Assembly: GCF_009914755.1 (NCBI RefSeq)
Contig: NC_060937.1
Source of the DNA: the human T2T-CHM13v2.0 reference genome, Homo sapiens
DNA length: 64,000 nucleotides
Reading direction: 5' to 3' (one strand)
The notes beneath the pieces were generated by a model. That model was not told the DNA's origin, did not search any database, and saw nothing but the letters and a program-made list of their open reading frames with translations. Shown in pieces: positions 26,068-38,570 of the stretch. The position numbers were made by a program, and so were the translations under genes. Numbering within the stretch: the stretch's first letter is position 1; every line of letters starts with the position of its first letter.

Positions 26068-26150
26068 CTCTCCCTCCCCTTCCACATACCCTCCCTCCCC
26101 TTCCACACACCCTCCCTCACCTTCCACACACCCTCCCTCCCCTCTCCTTC
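26068..26150 (+). repeat. 21-bp C-rich tandem repeat (~4 copies)
   Basis: ccctccctccccttccacaca; ttccaca at 26080, 26101, 26122. Confidence 0.85.
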
Positions 26151-26759
26151 CTTGGGTTCCACTTCTCAGGGCATGTGGTTTCTCATTCTCTCTCCCAAAA
26201 CATGGTTTGGAAAATTAAATGATGCCCTAGAAGTATGGTCTGCTGTAAAGAGGAAGCAGGATGAATACTGTGCTTAAACCATTCCCTTTTGAGATGATGT
26301 GGTTTTCGGCGACTTTCATGCTGTAGGCTCCCACCGGTGGAGAAGCCAACAGCACCTTTCCCAGGAAGAATTCTTTACTGTGCAGCAGGAATGCACTCCG
26401 TCTCTAAGTGCAAGATTGATTTTCTTTCCTATTATAACTTTCAGTGGTTGATTTCAGGCTAACTTGAGAGCCTTGGGAAGTTTCTGAATTCTGAGCCTGT
26501 CAGTGAGAACCTGGGCCACCCCTCCCCTGGAGTTCCCTCAGTCCTGGATTTATCAGATTCTACTTTCAGACAAGTCGCTGGTTAAAATGTCAACTACAGG
26601 AATCTTGACTTGCTGCAAAGAATTCCCTATCAATTGTTTTTAATGATTTTTGAGTCATTTCACATATGAAAAACCAAACACCCCAATTCTGTGCATTCCT
26701 GGCTTTTACATTTTCACAAAGCACCAGTAAGGTGTCCACAGATCAACAAACTCTCCTAC

Positions 26760-26831
26760 CTTTAGCTCCCGGGACGCCTTGATCGCCTTGATCACCTTTA
26801 ATTCCCTGGAGGCCAGGAAGACCTTTTGGAC
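26760..26831 (-). CDS. COL4A1: COL4A1 exon 45 (72 nt)
   Basis: tttag|GTCCAA...AAAG|gtagga; GPKGLPGLQGIKGDQGDQGVPGAK. Confidence 0.96.
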
Positions 26832-26879
26832 CTAAAAGCAGAGGGAAAGCACTGTCTTGCACAGAATTCCCAATGATAT

Positions 26880-27080
26880 ACAAATATGTGTGTGTATATA
26901 TCTCTCTCTAGTGCACACACATACATGTACACAAATGTATAGATAAATGCATATACACACACATATACTCATATATGCATACCCATATATACACATTCAT
27001 ACACCTGCTTATGCATGCATACATATACACATACATATACACACATATATGCATATATACACATATATGCACACATAGAC
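26880..27080 (+). repeat. (CA/TA)-rich low-complexity tract, intron 44
   Basis: Mixed acac/atat runs. Confidence 0.85.
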
Positions 27081-27685
27081 AGTGAACAAATTTCCAATTT
27101 ATCTTCAAGGAAGAAAACAGCATTATTTCTGGTCACGTGTGTAAAACTTTTAATGAAACTCTTTTTTCTAGAACCCAGAAGCTACATTTTTATAAGCATG
27201 CAGCCAACTGTAAAATGATCCAACTAGTGGAGGGGCATAGGGCACTGTTTTTGGTCCCGATCTGATTCACACATGTCCCCAGTTGGACCACAAGACACCT
27301 TGAGGCTGCGACCTGTTTTATTCGCCTTTCACGTGTATCTGACTCAGCAGTAAAAACTGCAGTGCCTGGGGAGCTGGTAAGCAGCCCAAAAATGTGTGTT
27401 TAATATATGAATAAATTAATGAATAGCCCAAATCCATGACTTCTTATTGAGATATTAATGATCCACTGATTCTTAATAAGAAAATCAGAATGTCTTTACA
27501 CTGGCATCCATAAGATTATACAAATTGGGCTGCCACACAGAAGTGCCATTTTTAATTTGAAGAGAACAGTATCTCGTGCTATAATGGCAGCGGTGCTATC
27601 AGTGCTAAGGTGCCCGAGGTTAGCAAGCTCTTCACACGGCATCTGCTGCTGCAAAGGCTGTGCAGCAAGGTCTGTGCTGTCTTAC

Positions 27686-27758
27686 CTTGAAATCCTGGAA
27701 CTCCTGGAGGCCCCATATCACCCTTAGAGCCTGTGATTCCTGGAGAGCCACCAATACC
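27686..27758 (-). CDS. COL4A1: COL4A1 exon 44 (73 nt)
   Basis: tctag|GGTATT...CAAG|gtaaga; GIGGSPGITGSKGDMGPPGVPGFQ. Confidence 0.96.
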
Positions 27759-28438
27759 CTAGACACACAAAGAGGAGGTTGGGAATTGCTCAGGATATGT
27801 AGGTTAAGTCTCTCCAGTAACCTGCTAGTTGGAAAATGGAAACAGCCCCTCAATGTTCTGGAAAGCACATTTGTGAACAAATGGTGCCTTGTGGTTTCTT
27901 AAATGACAGAATAACAACACCTTTGCATGTGCCTCAATCGGGAAGCTGGAAAGTAGAAGCATTTGTTTCCCTCCCATGTATCTCCTCTGCTTGTCCATCC
28001 ACAGGGGAAGCGCCTGAGGAGCAGGCAAATGTCCTGCCCTTGCCACCTCCAGCTCACAGCACGATGCCATAGACAGAGCCAGGGCCCCCTCAACACCTGT
28101 GACGGCAACATAGCCATCCAGCACCAGCCAACGAGCTTTTCTGAAAACTTTCCCCTTAATCCTCAAGTGCAATCAGTTTTCTTTAGAATTAGTTTCATGT
28201 CTTATCTGAAAACTGATTTTAAATATGCAAAGAAAATTAAGAAATGCTAAGGAACGAGTATTTTCCTTTATACTGTGGCAATATTCGTGTATTTTAAAAT
28301 AGGGGCTCATTTTCTTTCCATTTCAACAAGTCGTTCCTTTCTCAAGTCGTGGACAGCAACATGTAACAAGTTGTTTTATTTCTTACGTAGATTTGTTTCT
28401 TAGCCTTATTTTAAAAGTGTCAAACCAAAATAACATGA

Positions 28439-28842
<404 letters not shown>

Positions 28843-30015
28843 GGAATGGGGTATATTTCTATGTTACTGAGGAATAAAAATGAGAATACATAAATATTTG
28901 ACAAATTACCTAGGCTTACATTACTGGAAAACTGCAATATAGCAATAGGGGCCCAAAAATACATTCACATACACATTTGCTATACTGTGGAGATATACAC
29001 AGCTTTGAGGACAAGGAATGGGTAAACATGACTGTTGCTACTCCTTATAGCCAGTTCTGCATAATTATTTATAAGCATTTCATAACTTACTGATTCAGAA
29101 GTAAATCAGCACCACGTATTGTTTTGCACCCAGCAAGCTTAGCTATTCTGTATCCATCCTTGAGAAAGTAGTCTGATGACTCTAAGATATGTCTCTGCTG
29201 CTGATGAGCAGTTCAAAGCTTTCCCTTTAAGGGAGAACATGTGTTGACTTACAGAAGAACCCCACTTGCTCCAACATAACTGCAGAGGTCTGTCTCAAAT
29301 CCCTCCTATTCCTGATCTCCCCTGATATACTCTCTCTTTCTCCTAATGTGTGTTAGAGAGAGACAGAGAGACAGACAGATGGAGACAGATAGAGGAAACA
29401 GAGAGACAGACACAGAGAATAAAGCTCTGCTAATCCAGCTATTTGAATGAGCGAGCCACGTAAACACAATCCTTTAGCCATGGACGTGGTTAAGCTAAAA
29501 ATCAAACCAAAGATCCATGACCACCACTAAGAAGGGCTATATATTCAGGTGCAGCAAAGAGCCAAAGTCACACACACACACAGAAATACACAAGGCTGCT
29601 GGTCACTTATTGCACCCTGAGATGTGCTCTTCTGAAGGCTTGTCTAAGTCACCACTTAGACTCTGTATCTGGATCAGGTCAGTAAAGAAAGATGGAATAT
29701 TGCTGGTTATCTTTTATGACTTGAACTGTTCAACTGCAATTCCCTGTCCTCCTGCCAGTCCTAAGAGATGGCTGGGCTAGTTTTACAGAATTGTTCTCTG
29801 CAAAACAACATTGGCTTGCTTTTTACATTGAGTTTGTAAATAGGTCTTAAATTTAGGCATTGAGCCATAATTTCCAGCAGTATAACATTTCCCTTTTATG
29901 GTTCTTGGAAAACTGGATTGTAAAAAAATGTTACAATAGTTTCCTACTCTGATGCCAATAAAGATGTGGGTTACTGGCAAGAAAGAAAGAACTGATTTAG
30001 TGGGGATATGGGAGT

Positions 30016-30018
<3 letters not shown>

Positions 30019-30052
<34 letters not shown>
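30019..30052 (+). repeat. (AC)17 microsatellite, intron 43
   Basis: Perfect dinucleotide run. Confidence 0.97.
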
Positions 30053-30061
<9 letters not shown>

Positions 30062-30155
30062 CATACACAAAATACATACACACATAGACACATATGAATA
30101 CTTCTGGCCAGAAAAGACTCCTTTAAAAATAAAAATCTACAAATCAATAACTCAC

Positions 30156-30289
30156 AGGCATGCCCTGGAATCCAGGGTCTCCCTTGGGCCCTGGGACACC
30201 GGGTGCTCCTGGCCAGCCTGGATTTCCTTTGTCACCTTTAACTCCATCAATCCCAGGAAGCCCTGGAGGCCCCATGGGTCCCGGAAGTC
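30156..30289 (-). CDS. COL4A1: COL4A1 exon 43 (134 nt)
   Basis: attag|GACTTC...GCCT|gtgagt; [28 protein letters not shown]...GFQGMP. Confidence 0.96.
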
Positions 30290-30384
30290 CTAATGGAAGA
30301 GAAGAAAGCCACACATTTGGGGTTAAATATGCACAAGTGTCCCTGGGCTGTGGGGCTATCAATACTGCCACCCACGGCCCCTCA

Positions 30385-30682
30385 CTGATACAACACTGGA
30401 CCAACAGTGACAACCCTTGAGACAGAAATCGAGGCAGGTCCAGGAAGGAAGGAAGGAGGGAGGGAGGGAGGGAATAGAAACACTACTATCTCTGATAAAA
30501 CACTGGACCGACAATGTGAACCCTTGAGACAGAAATTGAGGAAGGTCTGGGAAGGAAGGAAGGGAGGGAAGGAGGGAGGAAGGAGGGGAGGGAGGAGGGG
30601 AGGGGAGGGGAAGGAGGGAGGGAGAGAGGAAGGAAGGAAAGAAGGAAGGAAGGAAGGACAGACATAGAAATGCCACTGTCTC
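30385..30682 (+). repeat. Tandem duplication (107-bp offset) containing (GGAA/GGAG)n tracts, intron 42
   Basis: ctgata.aacactggacc...aacccttgagacagaaat.gagg.aggtc at 30385 and 30492. Confidence 0.9.
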
Positions 30683-31053
30683 CGTGTCCAAAATGGCCTG
30701 CGGTCAGTGGTGCCCGGGCATCTGTGCTACCACTACGGGGGTCTTCACCAGAACCCACAAGTGGGCCCAAGTGCTGCGCTGGTTTAAGTCCAACGCCACC
30801 GACGGGGCACGAGTCCAGGCTTGTCCAATCATTTCCTTTCTTGCATCTCCCTAATTACTTAAATTCCTTGACAGAAAGGATACAAGAAAAGCTTTGACTC
30901 GATGGGGGCCAAACACAATTTCAAGCTGTAATAAATGCTGCAGACTTCTAAATAAAAAAGCCCAATTGAGAATTTAACTATTTCTTTTACGCTATTTCCT
31001 TTTGTGAATTCTGTCCCAGTCCTCAGCCCTGGCCCCTGGCGAGATGCCCTTAC

Positions 31054-31239
31054 CTGGCAGGCCAGGCTGGCCCTGAGGTCCGCGGTCTCCTTTGGGCCCC
31101 TCCGTGGCATGGCCTGGGGATCCCGGTAACCCCGGCTGTCCCTGGGGCCCCGGAGGACCCATGAATCCTTGCTCTCCTTTGGATCCAGGAATTCCTGGGC
31201 TCCCGGCTAATCCTGGGAAACCCACCTCACCCTTTGAAC
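31054..31239 (-). CDS. COL4A1: COL4A1 exon 42 (186 nt)
   Basis: ttcag|GTTCAA...CCAG|gtaagg; [16 protein letters not shown]...[20 protein letters not shown]. Confidence 0.97.
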
Positions 31240-31559
31240 CTGAACAAGAAAAACAGTTTGAGGTGATGGGAAACGCAGCAGCAGAACAGTAATCTCCAGC
31301 GTGGACGGCAGAGATGGGATGAGGCGTGCCTCATCCTGTAGGTACCGCTCAGAGGGAGCTTCCAGGGACACCACAGGAAACTGCAGCAAGGGCTCCGATC
31401 CCTCCTTCTCTTTAATAACACACTAGAATCCGACCATGGCCTGGCTGGAAAAAGAGCTCAGAATGCTAGGAACCCAGCTATCGTTTTCATACTTCTCACG
31501 AGACGTGTTCTATGGCAAAGGCATCTGAATTGTGTTTAAAGACATCTGCAGCAACTGCA

Positions 31560-32020
31560 CTGCTAAACGAAAGCCTCACTCCATCAGCACATGAATGGGC
31601 TGGACAAGCCAATCATGTTATATCCATGCAGTGGGACACTACTCAGCCATAGAAAGAAGTGAGCAACCACTGGGCTGGATCTCAAACGAATTATGTCGTG
31701 GGAGAGTAGTCAGGCTGAAAAGACTACGAAGTGTATGGTTTTATTTTTGTAAACTGCTGGAAAATGCAAACTAACCTAGAGGACCAGAAGGCAGATGGAC
31801 GGTTGCTTGGGGAATGGGGAGAGGGCAGGAGGGGGGGATTATGAAGCCACGGAGGAGACTTTTGGGGGAAGGCTTTGCCTGCTATCTAGAATGTGGGGAT
31901 GTTTTCATGGTGTAGACCTATGTCAGCCTTATCAAATTGTCCACTTTAAATATTTGTAGTTTATGACCTGTCAGTGAAACTTCAATAGAGCAGGTTTAAA
32001 AAATTAAAAAGTAACAGCTT
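31560..32020 (+). mobile_element. Old L1M(E/D) 3'UTR fragment, intron 41
   Basis: tactcagccatagaaagaagtgagc...atcaaattgtccactttaaatatttgtagtttat. Confidence 0.7.
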
Positions 32021-33226
32021 GTAGGAAAAAGAAATTCTATGTTTAGTTTTAAACATAGTATCCAAATCTTACCAATAAAAATGCCAAAATTCTAAGGTTA
32101 TTTCCAAAACAAAGGAAAAGGGAATGAAATAGGGTCAAGACCTAAAGTGGTCATTTGGGATTCTCTTCTCCTGGGGATTCTCCCTGCTATTTCACACAGC
32201 AATGAGTGGAAAACGCAAGGTGCTGCGTAGAGTTTGTGCAAGGGCAGTGCAGCATGTCCAAAGGAGTGTGCGGGATCACATGGCAAGGTAGGAAAGGCAG
32301 GGCAGGAACAGCCCACAGCGACCCCTTGAGCAGGTGCATTTGCAAGGGGCTCTGTGTTTGAGGGATTCTGTGAGTTAAGGGAGAGGGAAGTGTCCATTCC
32401 CAAGGCAGCCCACCCGGCACCAGGCCATCCTTCTCAACCCAGGGGTTCCCAGTGTCAGACTACATGCCTGCCAAGGAAACACTCTGGGCTGGTCTCGGGG
32501 AGAACCAGGGGGTGGGAGAAACAACACCTCCGTGCCCCTGCTCCTTCTCAGCTGAAGTCCAAGGCCTTCCAGGGCTTTCTGAATCCTCCCACTGAGTGGG
32601 ATCACTCAGCCAGCCCAGCCACGGGCCATAAGCATGCCCATGGATGCTGTGTGTGAGCTCCTGGCTGCGGCCACCTGTGGCTTCTCTTCAGTGTCGTGCA
32701 GCTCACATGCCTTGTATTTTCTGTGTCCCCTTTGCTTTCCCATGAAATGCTCAGCTCTCTGAGAGAAGAGACTGCCTTCCCAAGCTCCTGGCCAACTCTC
32801 AGCTGCACTTAGTACTGAGCACATCGTGGCTGCGCAGGGCATGTTTTTGTCTCGTGGTGTGTGCTACATACTGTCCTGCATTCACATAAGTATAACCAGT
32901 TCTAGAAAGTCAGAATTTCAATATTCTGATGACCTTCTAGGCATAAAAATGACAGGGGTCTCGCCTCTCTGCTGGATTTTTACAAAATTAGTCCAAGTAA
33001 AAGATAATTCTGATCATGAGTGTACTGCACGCCATTTTGATCCATTAATTAGAAGGGAACCACATGTGTCTTGCAGGCATTGCCCTCTGGGCTCAGCACC
33101 CATCCTCCATCCCGTTGCTGCCTGGCCAACAGGCATGGGGCTTCATCCTGAAGACACTGCCCCTTGTTCTGCTAATCAGGCAGCAGCGGTTGGTTGAAAA
33201 GGAAGAGCACAGTGAGCAAAGATTAC

Positions 33227-33277
33227 CTTTGTCTCCTTTGGCCCCTGGAAACCCTGGGAATCCTCTTCCTGGTAGAC
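33227..33277 (-). CDS. COL4A1: COL4A1 exon 41 (51 nt)
   Basis: tatag|GTCTAC...AAAG|gtaatc; GLPGRGFPGFPGAKGDK. Confidence 0.95.
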
Positions 33278-34406
33278 CTATAAGATGAGGGTAAAATGCC
33301 ACGTTTCTCTTTACTTAAACAATCCATCTGCAGGTACAACACAAAGCACTATCAACTCTGCAATAATACTACGTATATTGTGGAGTACATAGATATTAGT
33401 TAATTGCACCCTTGTAATAAAATGATATTCCTACAGTTATAAGATACCCTTGACTGAATGTTCCTAATTTAGTACTTTTTCCTAAGTACCTTTCAGCTCA
33501 GAACCACCACGGCATTTAGCACAAATGATCTGTGCAAATGAGTATTTGTTTCCTGCTGCCGTCTGGAGATAAGCAAATGGGATTCTCAGACAACCATCCA
33601 CTAATTGCTATTCTCAGGGAGGTGGGGAAAGCCAAAGAGATTTGGGGCAGCAGATGCTGGGGAGATGACAAACGTCAGCAAAGGGCTTGAGGGAAGATTC
33701 AAATCGGGGGAAAGGAGTGCAGGGGTATTTTTATGAATTGTTTGTATAGAAAAACAAATGTATAGAATATAAAGTTATGGAATGAAAAAAATGAAAAGAA
33801 AGCCAGCACCAATAGCTGTGGATGCTCTTGGTGGTCCTCCCAGTGTCCCCCCAAGTCAGGGGTAACCTGCTTCAAATGGTGTGTTTATCTCTCTCTTGCA
33901 TTAAATACAAATATTACTGTGTATGTGATTGTCATCATCACACCTGCACTTTTGTCCAAGTTATGGCCAAGTTAAAGCCCACCAGTGACAGGAGCAGACT
34001 CAGGGGCCAACCAATATTTCCAACCATTTCCCCTCAAATGGGGAAATGCTGGGCAAAGAAAAGAGTTTTGTTTTGCTTTGCTTTGTTTTGTCATAGCAAC
34101 CACAAGGGAAATGGAAAGTGTTCTAACAGCAGGTATTTTATGTGTCTCTGACTCACCACTGAGAGCTCAGGTTATTTCAGGGGAAGATGCCCTCAGTATT
34201 TATGGGATAATAAATACCCCTTCCCTTCTTCCCCTCCACTCATCCCACTCTACTCCACACATCCACATCAGTGTTTAAGTAGTTGCAGGGATGTGCAGTC
34301 TAGGGGCCATTCTGTGCCCAGCTTTATTCACTGAACACAGGCAGTCTGCAGGTCTCTGGGAGTGGACACTGCTGATTCTGATAGGGAATGGGGCGTTGGG
34401 CCATAC

Positions 34407-34505
34407 CTGGTTCACCCTTCTCTCCTGCTGACCCCGGGATTCCATCACTGCCTGGCTCCCCTTTCTGGCCAGCTGGGCCTGTGGGGCCAGGAGTCCCAGG
34501 AAGAC
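34407..34505 (-). CDS. COL4A1: COL4A1 exon 40 (99 nt), GAG acceptor
   Basis: ctttgag|GTCTTC...CCAG|gtatgg; [33 protein letters not shown]. Confidence 0.95.
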
Positions 34506-34952
34506 CTCAAAGAGAAAAGTCACATCAGACACCCGCATAACCTCTCACAGCACCCTAGCTGCCATACAAAATGGCCCTTTGCTGACATCCTTTAAGGGAG
34601 CTGTTCCCTCCCAAGCACACCTGGTTTTCCTGAGGTCAGTTCTGACTTCCCTTCAGAAAGGACCCTGCGTGCTTTCAGCAACACCACCAAACCCTGACCC
34701 TCAAAAGCTGGTGACAAAAACTCCATGATGGCCACAAAAACAGTTTGGAGATTTAGGTCCTAGATCCTGCTAGTGACAAGACCTCAGAAAGATCCTGTAA
34801 CCTGCACTAGACTCAGTTTGCCCATCTGAAGATGGGAGACAGGACAGCTGGCCTCCCTGCTCCCCGTCTGTGATGGGAACTCCTTGGGGCCTCCCATCCC
34901 CTGGCCACTGTTCTCTATGTGCCCGGGCTGTGTCCCAAAGAGGGCCCTCTAC

Positions 34953-35033
34953 CTGCTTCTCCTTTGACACCAGGGATGCCATCCAATCCTGGGAGGCCTT
35001 TGTCACCTTTTTCTCCAGGTAGCCCAGGACTTC
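34953..35033 (-). CDS. COL4A1: COL4A1 exon 39 (81 nt)
   Basis: tttag|GAAGTC...GCAG|gtagag; [27 protein letters not shown]. Confidence 0.96.
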
Positions 35034-35129
35034 CTAAAGAAAAAAACAAAACACCAGAACATCCATAAGTTTGGGCTTTTCTTTGATTTCTTAGATTCCC
35101 CAAGTCCAAGAGAAGCCCCCCTCACCTAC

Positions 35130-35256
35130 CTGGATAGCCAACACTCCCGGGAGACCCTTTAAGGCCTGGGGACCCTGGCATTCCTGGGATCCCAATGCTT
35201 CCTTTTTCTCCCTTCTCTCCAGGGCTTCCTGGGAAACCCGCTATCCCTTGATCTCC
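35130..35256 (-). CDS. COL4A1: COL4A1 exon 38 (127 nt)
   Basis: tgcag|GGAGAT...CCAG|gtaggt; [19 protein letters not shown]...GSVGYP. Confidence 0.96.
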
Positions 35257-35724
35257 CTGCAAGTAAAAGTCAGGCATATTAACTTTACATTTGTCCATGG
35301 GCATGCATCTGTAGGCATGTTATAGATAATGGTATACATTTTGGTGCAATGAATATTGCATTGCAAAACTCCATTTCCAGATTTCTCATCAAAGAATCAA
35401 AGTCCACTTCTGAATGGAGAGGAAAACTTAAGAGCAGTAGAGCCAACCATCTGGTTTCTACCTGCCATTCCTCTTCGTCCTCCATCCTCTCTGTTTTATC
35501 CCACTGACAGCTGTCTCCCACCTTAGCCTCTCACCAGTCTCTAGATTCTTCCTTGGGGGAGAGGTAGTGAATACAAGGGGAAGGAGAGGCGACTTGTGCT
35601 GCCTTATGGGACTCCCTGTGTGTTATGGCTCATTGAGTGTGCTGAGATATTTGCTGAGCATTTCTCAGGCAGCATCTCCACTGAGCTGGGAGAAGGGGAC
35701 CTTTCCACGCAGAGCGCTGGTTAC

Positions 35725-35864
35725 CTTTTCACCTCGCAGCCCTGGGATGCCTATGCCAGGTGGGCCTGCCTGCCCTTTCTCTCCTTTTGCACCTTTGTCT
35801 CCAGGTAAGCCAGGTGAACCTTGTGGGCCAGGGATGCCAGGCACACCTTTCTCTCCAGGTGTTC
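35725..35864 (-). CDS. COL4A1: COL4A1 exon 37 (140 nt)
   Basis: tatag|GAACAC...AAAG|gtaacc; [16 protein letters not shown]...GLRGEK. Confidence 0.96.
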
Positions 35865-36930
35865 CTATAAACACAAACAATTGAAACTTGATTTGGGCTT
35901 AGCTAGTGCTGGTATTACAAATGAAAAAGTGCCTCCACAGCCAGCCAAGAATGAGATACAAGAACGTGAATCCCCCACAACCAGCCAAGATTGAGATACA
36001 AGAATGCACATCCCTCATGTATCAATCGGCTCATGACCCAGAACACGTCAGTCACCCAGATCACATCAGAGCCACGCTAGGAAATGTCTCTCCCGTCCTT
36101 TAAGACCATCATGTTATAAGACAGGGAAGAAATACATTAACTACCTAGAATATTTACTTTCTCAACAGAATAAAAATGGATCTTATGTTCTTTATTATAC
36201 AGCCAGCTCTCATCAGCCAGACGTCACAGGGACTATGAGGCGGGCAGGCCGGAGTCTGTGCACACTCGGTTCTGTGATGCATGCTGGTAGCCAGGCTTAT
36301 TCACACATAGGCATGACCAGCAATCTAGATGCTTATATTTTAATTAAAGTGATAACAGCACCTGGTCAAGACTCAAGAGGAGATGGAAAGATGGGCTTCC
36401 CATCTGAACTCTCCCCCTTTCTGAGTGAGCTCTGAGGACCATCACCACCCAGCCCTTCCCGCACTCTCCTCCTCTTCCCGGCTGCTCTCACTACAATAGA
36501 CACTGATGGCAAAGCATTAAGGCTAGTCCGGGATTGGAGCAGAGGAGTCCGGAGAATTCTTCTGAACTAACACAAAGGGCTCTGGAGCCATAAGCTACTC
36601 AGGCTGACAAGCCTGGATGGAGAAGCCGTCGTCTCTTAGGGAGATCCTAGACAAGGGGATGGTCACTTGGAGATCATCAAAAGTTGACTGTATACAGCCC
36701 ATGTTTTATTCCATTAGATGGTGAGTTTTCTTAGCAATGGCCATTCTGTCAGCCAAATGTCATCCATCCCTGAGCAGGAGACCATTCAGAGCTGGGGATG
36801 TGAATTCATGTGAAAGACACACGTGCCTGGATTCTGTCCGTCTCAGCTGAAGAGGATCTCATTCTGCAGACATGCCCTACCAGTATCACACGCACACATG
36901 CTAAAGAATCCTCTTCTAAATCCAGTTTAC

Positions 36931-37020
36931 CTGGCAAGCCCATTCCACCAACAGATCCTTTTGGTCCCGGAAGTCCTGGAGCACCTGGGGTTCCACTTAT
37001 ACCTGGATCACCTTTAGGTC
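36931..37020 (-). CDS. COL4A1: COL4A1 exon 36 (90 nt)
   Basis: tctag|GACCTA...CCAG|gtaaac; [30 protein letters not shown]. Confidence 0.96.
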
Positions 37021-37132
37021 CTAGAACCATAAAGAAAGCAGTCTGACAGGTTGACATCTACAGAAAGAGCTGGGGAACACAGGCCTCATCCTGAGCCCTT
37101 GCCACACTGGGGACCGGAGCTCCACACTGTAC

Positions 37133-37231
37133 CTGGCTGCCCAGGCTGTCCTGCCTGCCCGTCCTTTCCAGGCACTCCTGGGGTCCCAGGGTCTCCTCGG
37201 GATCCCTTCTCACCAATTGGTCCAATTTGTC
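37133..37231 (-). CDS. COL4A1: COL4A1 exon 35 (99 nt)
   Basis: tgtag|GACAAA...CCAG|gtacag; GQIGPIGEKGSRGDPGTPGVPGKDGQAGQPGQP. Confidence 0.96.
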
Positions 37232-37391
37232 CTACACATCAGAGAAGAAAATAGCAATGACCCGCATTTGCTTGCAAGCAAGTTGCTGCAGAAACGCAGG
37301 TTGGTTTGGTTATTATTTATGGAGGACCCGATAACCCAGGAAAGGCACATTGTGGTTCCGAGCTTGGCCATGAGAAGCCTCCTGGACTTGC

Positions 37392-37544
37392 CTTTCTCTC
37401 CTTGGTCTCCTTTCTGGCCCTTCATGCTGCCCATGTCCACCTTATCCATGGAGCCAGGCTTGCCAGGGAGACCGACATCCCCCTTATCACCTTTCAAGCC
37501 AGGGTCTCCCCTGGGTCCTGAGGAGCCCGGAAAGCCATGGTCCC
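37392..37544 (-). CDS. COL4A1: COL4A1 exon 34 (153 nt), GC donor
   Basis: tgcag|GGGACC...AAAG|gcaagt; GDHGFPGSSGPRGDPG...GSMDKVDMGSMKGQKGDQGEK. Confidence 0.95.
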
Positions 37545-38348
37545 CTGCAGAGGAAAGAGAAGGCACTGGTGAGCCTGGGCCAGTGTCACAGAGGTGCTCA
37601 AAAGGCTCACGTTCTTGTTGACAGGGACAGCAGCTGGCAAAAAGGCTACAAAGCACTCATAACTTGTCCAAAATGGCATTAATGGCCAGTGTCTGAGACA
37701 CAGAAGAATCCAACCCCAGGTAAATGAGCAGTAAAAAGCCATTTTCTACAATTCATTATTCGCTAATAACTCTACTGCATGTGACTTGGCTTTCAGGTTT
37801 AGATAACTTACATTTCTCTCCTTCCTACATATCTTTATCACTCTTATTCATAGTGCCCCTCAGTTCTATACAAAATAATAGAACAGGAATTTTATCATTC
37901 TACAAAACAAATGACCTTTTCATGTGTCATATTTACAGTATTTCTTTGTAAAAGACATTATTTTGGAACAACTTCAAATAACGATAAGAAATAAAGACGA
38001 AGCCTTGTAAACTTGCGCAGGTTGTTAATCTGAGCCTAAGGACTCGGTCCCTGTATCTTGGCATGGCTGAAGATTCCACCATTTCTCACAAGAAGAATCT
38101 CATCTGTGCCAAGAAGGAAAGCCCAGCTTCTTTCTGATTTGCTTGGCCAAGCACAGTTTCAACCCCATGTGCATTGAGCACCAGGAATCCTACTGGAAGA
38201 AGGGGGTCTCCCAGCCTTCTGCTTGATGTTCCTAACTTCTTTTGTAGGCGTCTTAAAGGGAAATATGATCTATGACAACTTGAGAATTTCCCAAGTGGCA
38301 TCGAGAAATAGACACAAAATGAGCTTCTAGGGTTATCAGCTCCCCTAC

Positions 38349-38438
38349 CTTTTTCACCCGGTAATCCAGGAGCACCCACTGGTCCTGGTGAGCCCGGCTG
38401 CCCGGGGGTCCCCATGACGCCCATTTCTCCCTTGGAAC
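38349..38438 (-). CDS. COL4A1: COL4A1 exon 33 (90 nt)
   Basis: cacag|GTTCCA...AAAG|gtaggg; GSKGEMGVMGTPGQPGSPGPVGAPGLPGEK. Confidence 0.96.
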
Positions 38439-38570
38439 CTGTGGCCAAAGGAAAGGACTGTGAACATTTTCTTGCTCTGAATGCTGACAGTAAATGCTGA
38501 GTCATAAAAAGAATAAGGTGAGGCCCATGTCTTCATGATGGATCCAGGCAGAAGTTCAAAAATCACTTAC

